NCBI GenBank assembly: GCA_951406725.2 | Contig: OX597817.1 | Location: 74,586,001 to 74,650,000, forward strand | Direction of reading: 5' to 3' | DNA from: Octopus vulgaris | Taxonomy: Eukaryota | DNA length: 64,000 bases | Shown: positions 54,657 through 64,000 of the stretch, piece after piece | How the letters are laid out: the number at the start of each line of letters is the position of its first letter | Position numbering within the stretch: position 1 is the stretch's first letter | Program-made: the position numbers and the translations under genes | The notes under the pieces: model-generated | Told to the model about the DNA's origin: nothing | Seen by the model: only the letters and a program-made list of their open reading frames with translations | Databases searched by the model: none

Positions 54657-55567
54657 CTAAAGAAACAGAATCAAAAGAAAACCATTAGTCTTGATTTCCT
54701 AAAAATTCTATGAATGTAATATATCTGATATTTTAGCTGAACAATAACTTGAGTAAATTTCCTGTAACCCTTTTGATATCAACTCAACCAAAACTAACAC
54801 TGGTCCCGGAATACAAACTACATGTTTTAAAGTGATTTAAATCAATATTTTCTTTGAAAATTTGAAGTAAATTTATGTTCCAGAATTTCTAAATTCTCTG
54901 CTCTTTTCAAAATTAGTTAAAACAAAAGCGGTGTATTTCAATAGGAATATACTAACAAAAGAGTTAATAAATAGTTAGCTTGAAAATTAATCAAATTTGG
55001 ACATAATCCCCTTTATTTTGAATAGTAGTACTAAAAGTTATTTACAAAAATTCTTTTTCAAATATATTAATTCAATAAAAAATATTCTGTCATTGGTCCA
55101 GTTAACTGTGGCCATATTGAAGAACAGAATTTTCAGGCCAAGTTGATTACAATGTAACTAAGTACCACTAGGTATTTTGTCCAATGTTATACTCAATCTT
55201 CTATTTACAATTTTGAATCATGAAATTTATTAAACAGTTGTAATCATTTATATAAGCAATTTTGTAAGAACCAGAAATCATTCAATGCTCAACCTCAAAT
55301 ATGAACTTCGATTAATCACTGGAAAAAGTAAAATGTTTTTAAAAGCGAAGCTTAAAAATGAGCATATTGTTTAAAAGACAAGTATCATTTACTAAAGGTT
55401 ACAAATCAAAGTTAAGAGCTCTTTTGAAAATTCTTCACACCAAAGCAAAATTGGTTAAAACAAAATAAAATTTAGCTTCAACTAATTTTATCACTCAAAA
55501 CTATTGTTACCAATCTAAAAACCAAATATGTTGTTAAGATGAAAGTAGGCATGAAAACATAACTGAC

Positions 55568-55804
55568 CTTATTAAGTAAGTTAATTTTAGTCACAGTATT
55601 TGCAGCATCTCCAGAATGTTTAACAAGGAGGGCAATGAGCCGAACAAAAGCATCTAGTGTTTGGAAACATTTCGTTCGAATTGATGTTGGGTTGAGCAGT
55701 TGTTCTCCAAGAGCTCGATAACACAAATCAACACACATTTCTGTACACAATCGGAAGAATCTTGTTATCAAATCGTCAGTTTTCAGTATACCTTGAACAT
55801 GCAT
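55568..55804 (-). CDS. CNOT1: CNOT1 exon (NOT1 C-terminal superfamily domain)
   Basis: [30 protein letters not shown]...[16 protein letters not shown]...KINLLNK. Confidence 0.95.
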
Positions 55805-55907
55805 CTAAAGACAGAAAAAGAAGAGACACAAGGATGGTTAATTAGATTTTCAAATGCTGAGTAATATATCTGAGTCAAATAAAAGAAGCAAGAAAAAATA
55901 TATTTAC

Positions 55908-56142
55908 CTGTTGAACAAATGCAGTGAAGGCTTTTGTACTGTCTCTTCCTGCAGCCGCAGAATGAAACATATTCACCCATTCTCTCAGTAAATTCTCTGT
56001 TTTTTCATGTAGCCAAGGGGGATCGTCATATTCTCTTGCCTGACTAATCCCTGATTGCATCATTGAAGTAGGACCTCCAGGGGCTCTATCCAGCAAGACA
56101 CAGTCACCATTGTTCCGCAAGCATTCCACCAAATGTGCCAAT
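55908..56142 (-). CDS. CNOT1: CNOT1 exon
   Basis: [12 protein letters not shown]...[30 protein letters not shown]...FTAFVQQ. Confidence 0.94.
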
Positions 56143-56182
56143 CTGTTAACAAGGAAACAAAAAGATATTTTCATGAATGTCC

Positions 56183-56407
56183 TTAACCCTTTAGTGTTCA
56201 GATTATTCTATCAAACAATGTTTATTGATTCCCATTGATTTGAATTAATCATGCATTATCTCATATCTTCAAGATCTTGATGGTGTAATTACTTAATGTA
56301 GAATAACATTGTAGGATAGGTGTGAGAGCCTGGATCTGGTCAGTTTGAACATAAAACAGATTAGCTATTTTGGCCGGATATGGCTGGTTTAAATACTAAA
56401 GGGTTAA
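56183..56407. mobile_element. TTAA-flanked (piggyBac-type) MITE family 1, representative copy
   Basis: TTAA-CCCTTTAG...CTAAAGGG-TTAA; related copies near 471, 15810, 19341, 34882, 37413, 40415, 52143, 52355, 60355. Confidence 0.75.
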
Positions 56408-56759
56408 TGAATACACAAAGAGCTTCTCAAGTATGGTGAAACATGTACGAAATTAAAAAGCAGGGAATTGTATTTCATTGCTCATTGGGGTCCAAAACTA
56501 GTTATTAGACAAAGAGTATCATGACTTATACCAACGTTTGAACCATGACCATACTGGGGAACAGCCTTGAAGGGTTTAATTGAATAGATTGATCCCAGTA
56601 CTTAGCTTTGTTTTAAAATCTAGAACTCATTCTATCAGTCCATTTTGTCAAACTTTTAAGTCATGGGGATGTGAACAAACTACACCAGTTGTCAAGTGGT
56701 GGCAGGGGACTAACACAGACACTTTTTTTAGGCTACATCACATAGCCTAAACAGAACTA

Positions 56760-57700
56760 ACTTGCAAGCAAATTTCCTTCCAGGCTGTGAGACTGCAGTC
56801 CTGAGGCCACATAGCATAAATTCATAGATATACACCATGCAGACCCGACTAGCAGATTAGAATACCCCATGGAGTTACAGACAGAAAAAAGTGCAGTGAC
56901 GGGTTGATTTGTTCAACAAAAACAATAGCCTACAAATTTTAGAAGTCTTGGATCGAGTCTGGCTGACAGATAGTAAAAATCCGTATGGTAACTTGTTTGA
57001 TATATTAACAGCATAAGACATGTTAAAAGCCTTGCATAGAAAGCAAGTGTATGTACTGTCCAGGAATGGCTGTTGAGCCACAGCAAGAGATCGGCATTCA
57101 GAATACTAGAGCAGAACAGATTCTACTGTAGCATGAAACAAGTGTAGTTTTAAGTCTAATGACAGGTCTGGTGCGTTTTAAATTTCTCCACAGCTTGTCA
57201 GATGCAGACCATCTTATTGCTTTATGAATGTTAACATCTGTGCTGGTAGAGCAAATAAGAGAACCCAGATAGAAATCAGAAACTGACTTAACGGGCCCTG
57301 ATGAAAGTTTTAAGATTACCCTACCCTCATTTTCACTAACAATTATGGTCTTAGTTTTTGAGCAGTTTATTGAGAGATGAACTCCAATGACAACAGATTC
57401 CAGGTTCGTGTGGAAAGTTTGAGCACTTGTGATTTCATATGAGATATTTGCAGTATCATCTACAAAGTCAGTGAGGTGCAATAGTAAATGACATCCACCT
57501 TAGCAGGCAGAGTTATGCCTAGTTCAGATACAATTGTATACCATACTACATAGACCAAGACTATAATGAAAAAGAAAGGAGCTAAGATGTCCTCTTGGAA
57601 AACTCCCGTGTTGACTGTGAATGTGTTAATGTCTGTCAGAGGGTGCATATGCAGTCTGTATAGAAATAGCAAATAGCATTTACAACTTTATTTGGTAAGC
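56760..57700 (-). mobile_element. Decayed RTE-clade LINE reverse transcriptase fragment
   Basis: TGVFQEDILAPFFFIIVL, DFVDD (FADD-like), INCSKTK, DFYLGS across frameshifted ORFs 57460-57672, 57098-57481 and 56875-57081. Confidence 0.8.
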
Positions 57701-57987
57701 AATAATTACACACACGCACACACAAGCTTCTTTCAGTTCTGTCTACCAAATCCACTCACAAGGCTTTGGTTGGTCCAAGGATAGAATGAAAGGAATTTAC
57801 TCAAGGTGCCCTGCAGGGGTACTGAACCCAAGACCACATAGTTGGGAAGCAAGCTACTAACCATATGGCCACGTGCACAAATTGCAAAAGTTAAAGAAAA
57901 AAGTAAAAAACAGAAAAATTTAGGTTTTGAGAGAGAGAGAGAGAGAAAGAAAAAGAGAGAGAAAGAAGATAATAATAGATCACTAAC

Positions 57988-58055
57988 CCATCAGGAGAAG
58001 GTCTCGAACGAGAATGTATCCTCAATAACACTTCAATAGTGTTATGAAGGTCAGC
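57988..58055 (-). CDS. CNOT1: CNOT1 exon
   Basis: ADLHNTIEVLLRIHSRSRPSPD(G); gttagt donor. Confidence 0.88.
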
Positions 58056-58640
58056 CTGTAAAAGAGATTTTTGTAAGACTAACAGCTAAGAAAGATAATG
58101 TATTTTAGAAATAAATTATAATTAAAACAGGTTTCAGCATTCTATACTAAAACTAGTTTTACTGCTTATGAAAGAAAAAAAAATTAATCTAAAAATGGAA
58201 AAGGAAAATTTACATTTTGACGTCCACTTTTCTATGCTGGCATGGGTTGGACAGTCTGAGGCAGAGTTTCATCAGCTGGATGCCATTCCTGTCACCAACC
58301 CTCACCTGTTTCCAACCAAGGTAATTATTTACACTTAGCTAAACATTTTTCCACAGACTATTGCAAATGACTGGTATTACCTGTGGGACAGTGACATTCA
58401 TTTATGATTATCAAGTAATCTCAAGACAAGGAAATACACATATATGAGCTTCTTCAATTTCTGTCAACCAAATCCACTCAAAAGGTTTGGATCAGCTCAG
58501 GATCATGGCAGAAGAGACTTGCCCAAGGTGCCACACAGTAGGACTGAATCCCAAACCCACCTGTACCCAAGTTTTTTTTCTTTGTTTGGGGGATGGGTGG
58601 GGTATATATCAATTCTTTGGTAAAATTAGTACAAACTTAC

Positions 58641-58739
58641 CTCGGTGACGAGACCACTTGCTTTATCATCAATGACAAATTTTTGTACCAAGGCAATAGC
58701 AAAGACCATTACAATGTAATTTATTCCATTATCAATTTG
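58641..58739 (-). CDS. CNOT1: CNOT1 exon
   Basis: QIDNGINYIVMVFAIALVQKFVIDDKASGLVTE; gtaagt donor. Confidence 0.9.
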
Positions 58740-59106
58740 CTGGTTTTAGAAAAGAAAAGAAAAAACAACTTATTACTCAAATCCCATTGAAAGGTTTTCA
58801 GTGTAATGCATTTTTACTTATTTTACTTTTTTTTCTGAAGACACTATTTCTGTATGAAAACACTGAATTCAAATAGAATTTAACAAATTAATTCTAATTA
58901 CTTATTCTTGAAAAAAAAATGAAGCCTTGGCTCAAGTTACAAAATGCTAGAACAATCTACAGCTACTTCATAGTAAGCCATTTTATTTTCCCAACTTAAA
59001 GAGCAAAGGATTATTTTCAAGGACTTAAATCTTAAATAAGTATTTCATAAGTAAACACCAGATGAGTGACTACAAATTACTAAAATAAAAATATACAATG
59101 ACATAC

Positions 59107-59215
59107 TTGGGCAAGGTACATATCAAACTGCTGAATATTGAGGAAATGGTTTTTCAGCAGCTGCTCAAAGGCATCTAAATTATATTTTATTTCTTCCCTG
59201 CAGTCAAAAACAGAT
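59107..59215 (-). CDS. CNOT1: CNOT1 exon
   Basis: (R)SVFDCREEIKYNLDAFEQLLKNHFLNIQQFDMYLAQ; gtatgt donor. Confidence 0.9.
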
Positions 59216-59440
59216 CTGAAATTTTAAAAGAAAAAGTGCAGTGTAAATTATAGAACAAGAAAGTAAACTAGCATACACTTTATGACAATTTTAAATGTGT
59301 GTTTGAACAAAAAAATAAAATAGCTATTTCTAAACAAATGAAAATGTTTGAAGAGTGAAAATGTCCGGTCTAATAATCTCATTTTTGCTACCATATGATT
59401 TATAGACAGTAGAAAGTAAGGAGAATTTCAATCATATATA

Positions 59441-59704
59441 TACATGTGTATAATAGGAATGACCACTAAGTGGACATCCAATATGCTAGAAGAAGATCAC
59501 CTACGATCTAACTACAAAGAAAAGAATGTCCTCTAGAGAAATTCAGCAAACACCAGCATATAGGATGTCCACTTAGTGGTCATCCCTATTATACGCATGC
59601 ATTACAATTTTTTTGAATTTTCAGATTTTTCTATATGCTAGGCTACTGGTTTTAAATTTGATATTATTTAAATTAATATTCAATTTATCACCTTCATTAT
59701 TTAA

Positions 59705-59710
<6 letters not shown>
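59441..59710. mobile_element. Second, shorter family A foldback element
   Basis: Similar to 3083-3200 (gaccact..gtggacatc..atgctagaag) and to tail 3714-3820; short inverted arm; followed by (TA)n. Confidence 0.7.
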
Positions 59711-59770
<60 letters not shown>

Positions 59771-60835
59771 TGTGTGTGTGTGTAAATTGGAGCAGGATTC
59801 AGTCCTTGGACTCTTTAGATTCTAAGTTGGACCTTAAAAGGTGATATATAAACCTCCAACTGACCTCATATTTTTGCATTTCTAAAAAAAAAAACTAAAT
59901 GGCTAATGGCATATCATCATCATTCAACATCCATCTTCCATGCAAGTATGGGTTGGATATTTCAACAGGATCAAACAAGATAAAGGATAGTGTTGTCTCT
60001 AATCTCTGCTATGGCCTGACATCTACATCTGGACACCATTCCTAACACCAACCACTTACAGAGTGTAAAGGGCGTCTTTTTTCATGGTGCCAGCACCAGT
60101 AAGATTACCACATAACTCACAAGACTAAGACCCCACCCCACCTCCTCGACTAAGAGGGACTATAAAAGAGAGAGAAGTGGCTTTATACTTGAGCTTGACA
60201 GTAAAGTATGAAAATGAACAGGAATGGGTTTCTTGCTGTAGATGTAGTCAACAACTACCTTGCATTATATAAATGTGAGTGAGAGTAATGCATGTGGAGC
60301 TGGAAAAAAGGATAAAAGATTGTGGTATCAGAGTAAGCATTAAACACAATTTCTTTTAAACCAGCCATATGTAACCTAAATATTCTACCAGTTTTTATGT
60401 TCAAACCACCCAGATTCTGCCTCTCACGCCTACCCTACAATGTCATGATTTCATCATCGAAATCTCAAAGCTACACAATAATGTATGATTAATTCAAAAC
60501 CAACACAGATGTCTAACAATCATTGCTGTGCTTGAGAAGACCCATCAAGACAAGTGAAATCATAGTCATGACAGATACTGCTGTCATATAACTGGCACCT
60601 GTGCCAGTGGCACACAAAAGCACCCATGACATTCTCAGGGTGGTTGGCACCAGGAAGGGCATCCAGTTATAAAAACCATGCCAAATCAGACTTGTGTCTG
60701 GTACAGCCCCTCATCTTACCAGCTCTGGCCAAACCGTCCAACCCATGCCAGCACAGACAACAGAGGATAAATGATGACGATGATGATTATGGAAAAAATA
60801 AAAGTTACAAAGATAATTTAAAGAAAATACTAAAC

Positions 60836-60981
60836 CTAGTAACTTGTTTCATTGTCCATTGGGGACCAAAAACTCTGATGTCACTAAGTCCTTTGAGGAC
60901 ATGCAAGCAGCATTCACAGAATCTCATCATGTCTTGATCAGCCATGCTGCTGCTGTAATGTTCAACAAGTGCCTCGACAAC
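60836..60981 (-). CDS. CNOT1: CNOT1 exon
   Basis: VVEALVEHYSSSMADQDMMRFCECCLHVLKGLSDIRVFGPQWTMKQVT(R). Confidence 0.9.
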
Positions 60982-61079
60982 CTAAAACAAGCAAACAAAA
61001 AGTTATATAGGCTTATATTTACATAATTGCCCAAGATAAACAAAAAGGTACATTTTGTAAAAGTAAAAAATTTCATCAC

Positions 61080-61265
61080 CTTTTGGACGAGAGCAGATGA
61101 CGATGGTACGTCTCTATTAGTTCTGGCAACAAGAATAGCATCAATGACTCCTTGCAACTGTAAACCTAGGTGGGTAGAGGTCACACTATTTAACAGTTGC
61201 TGGCAATTCTGCTCAATGTCACGAATGACTTTGTCAAATACTTGGCTCATACCATCTGGATAGGA
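61080..61265 (-). CDS. CNOT1: CNOT1 exon
   Basis: SYPDGMSQVFDKVIRDIEQ...SSSALVQK; within ORF 60927..61250. Confidence 0.88.
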
Positions 61266-62510
61266 CTATAATAAAAACAAAACATAAATGTATAAATTAT
61301 ATTAATATTTGTTTTTATGTTCAGTTATAATAAAAAACATTTTACATTTATCTGATAGGTTACTCAATACTTTTATAGAGTACAAATTTATCATTTTTAT
61401 ACAAGAAAGTCATTGACAGTGACTTCAAAGTTTCGTCCAGCTAAGCTATTGTCAGGCAGCCTAAACGTAAAGTGTGTGTGTGTGTGTGTGTATGCTTACA
61501 TCATGACCATCATTTAGTGTCTGCTTTCCATGCTGGCATGGGCTAAACGGTTTGACTGAAACTGGTAAGCTGGAGAGCTGCACCAGGTTCCAATCTGATT
61601 TGACATGGTTTCTATAGCTGGATGCCCTTCCTAATGCTAAACCACTCCATTATAAAAATTCTACCTGATGCCTTATACTCAAGAAGACCCACCCTACACT
61701 GAACTGACAAGGATGCTCCCACTGGTGAAGAGGATTGGCCTGCCGCGTAAAAGTGCTTATGCAGCGCCATGTTAAAAGCACCCAGCACACACTGTAAAGT
61801 GGTTGCCATTAGAAAGGGCATCCAGACATAGAAACCATGCCAAATCAAGTGAACCTGCTGCACTCTGGTTCAAACTGTCCAATCCATGCCAGCATGAAAA
61901 ACAGATGTTAAGGATGATGATGATGAAGAGAATTGAAATAGATTATATTTTATGGTAGGACTCAATGTAGATGAAGCTTTACATAGTTGGGTATAGAACA
62001 TTGAGGTAAAAACCCTTGAATGGTTAAAAAGTCCAAGTCTGCTAGTGAGACATGAACCCAAATCTGTGAAAATGATGTGCTAACCATTATACCGAAGCAA
62101 CTTTTCTCCATCTATTTTAGAAGTTTTGTTCTTACCAGCAAAAGTTGTAACACATTTACATTATAAGAATCTATAAACTAAAAGAGAATAATTTTCCTTC
62201 TTTTTTTTTATGGTGAAACTGGAAGTAGATAAAGCTATAAATAATAGCCTGTAAAATATTGGGTTAAAAAACCCCAATCTTCAACATATTTTCATACAAT
62301 ATTCTACAGACTATTATTTATGGCTTTACCCACTTCACTATCTTATCGCTTTATCTATTATATATATATCTCATTTTTTTTCTCGTTTCAGTCATTATAC
62401 TGTGACCATGAAGAATTTTAGTCAAATATTTAATGTATAAAAAAAAAACTTATAAAGATTAACAAGAGAAAATAAAAAAAGCAACCCAAAATTTGCATAA
62501 TGTAAGATAT

Positions 62511-62613
62511 AAGAAAAAAGTACATTATTTACATTTGACGGATATCCGTCAAATGTAAATAATGTACATAATTCCTCATCTCTTAAATATAGAACTGTAT
62601 TACAAGAAAAAAG
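62511..62613. mobile_element. Minimal family C insertion
   Basis: Perfect 48-bp palindrome 62520-62567, same tail as the 9696 element, aagaaaaaag on both sides. Confidence 0.7.
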
Positions 62614-62640
62614 CTTGAACTAAAATTAAAATATTCTTAC

Positions 62641-62763
62641 AGGGGGAAGTGCCTTTGTTATTATGCCAGATGGTACTCTGGTTTCATTTATTGGTAAGAA
62701 GCCAGGTATGTTGCGTGCAAATTCATCATAGACTGCTACCTGTACTGGAGTGACACCACCAAC
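62641..62763 (-). CDS. CNOT1: CNOT1 exon
   Basis: VGGVTPVQVAVYDEFARNIPGFLPINETRVPSGIITKALPP; aag acceptor, gtaaga donor. Confidence 0.92.
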
Positions 62764-62870
62764 CTTTTGTGAAAAATAGAATTTAAATTATATAAACAGC
62801 TTGCAACAAGGCCTTCTATGTAAAATAACAAGAACAGAAATCACATAAGCAGAAACACACTATTACTTAC

Positions 62871-62975
62871 ACGTAATCGTATTTGCTCAGGCATCCTTTC
62901 AGCTTGGTAAGTAAGGACTACTGGATCACAATAACGACGACCTTCACCACGTGCATGGCGTCGGAGTTCAAATTC
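62871..62975 (-). CDS. CNOT1: CNOT1 exon
   Basis: [35 protein letters not shown]; ag/gtaagt boundaries. Confidence 0.94.
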
Positions 62976-63620
62976 CTAAAATTTAAGAAGTAGCCTTTCA
63001 ATAAATGAACTAAATTAAACAAAAATATAATAAAAACTAAAAAAGAAAAAAATTTTTGAACATAAAATATCTGCCAATCTAAAATCAGATAAATGTAAGA
63101 ATGAATTTACATATTAGTTTGAGCTGAATCAGACTTTTGCCTTTAAATTTTCTCATTTTCGAACAATCTAGTGAAGTGTTTATGCTCGAATGCTCCATTT
63201 TCATGCTTGTATAGGTCAGATAATTCAATGGGGCAAATTTTGTGGCCAAGTCCTCTTCCTGTCACCAACCGTCACCCTTTCCCAAGCAATGTAATAGTTC
63301 CCCTTGGCCAGACATATTTTTCATGGAATATTGGAAATGGGCAGCAAGTTGAAGGAACACACATGCACACACACACAAGACTTTTTCCAGTTTCCAGCTA
63401 TCAAATCTACTTGCAAAGTGGGATCAAATCCAAAACCACATTATTAGGAAGTAAGCTTCTTAACCACAGAGTCGCACCTGTGCTAACACCAGGCAAGACT
63501 GCACCAGTAGCTGCAAGTTTGTACACAGGTAATTCAACATTAAACATGAAATGACTACACAAGATTTGTTAGAAATACTTCTATTAATTCACATTTTTAA
63601 TTTCAGTTTATTATACTCAC

Positions 63621-63761
63621 AGTAGAAAGACGTCGGTCCATTTCTGGAAGAGCTTTTTCAACTGCACTTTTCTGAATAATAGCTGATGCAAGTTCTGTAT
63701 TGTCCTGAGCCAACTGAGTTACTGCTTGGTCAACAAGTTCTTTTTGAGTTATACTAGCATT
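63621..63761 (-). CDS. CNOT1: CNOT1 internal exon (first seen in window)
   Basis: catag|AAT...TCT ACT|gtgagt; [47 protein letters not shown]. Confidence 0.92.
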
Positions 63762-64000
63762 CTATGAAGACAGAAGACAGTATAATAAAAAAATATATGT
63801 TATAATTTAAGTAAATCATTGAAAAAGCTGCTATAAAACCTTTTACACATGTAAAATAATTTAAAAGCTACACAAATAACTGAGTGGATTTATTAAAATA
63901 ATTATTAAATACCTTGGTCATACGATTCATCCAAAACATCTTTTAATCTAACTATTCAAAACACCTATATTTAATTCTGAAGTTTCAAAATTCAATATGG

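Overview
AT-rich, intron-rich metazoan genomic DNA. The SINE, MITE and microsatellite landscape resembles a coleoid cephalopod such as Octopus; this is my inference and was not verified by a search. Two convergent, 5'-incomplete genes were rebuilt by hand from splice sites and reading-frame phase: 14 exons of PHF14 on + (329-30858; Zn-knuckle/ePHD, coiled coil, one further PHD finger, basic tail) and the last 18 exons of CNOT1 on - (63761-43774), whose last intron needs a GC-AG donor. Introns contain tRNA-type SINEs, TTAA-flanked MITEs, a decayed DD36/37D Tc1/mariner-superfamily transposon, a mariner MITE, and RTE and R4/Dong LINE fragments. The most notable unexplained structure is a set of non-coding elements from several unrelated sequence families that carry minimal type I hammerhead ribozyme folds. 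One fold is fully canonical (22810-22852, sense to the PHF14 pre-mRNA). Several elements share an 'inverted arm + direct arm + unpaired 3' tail' architecture, two with target-site duplications, which fits non-autonomous Penelope-like or retrozyme-type elements that would form long dsRNA in host introns. Almost all ORF-track entries outside these exons and TEs are spurious.
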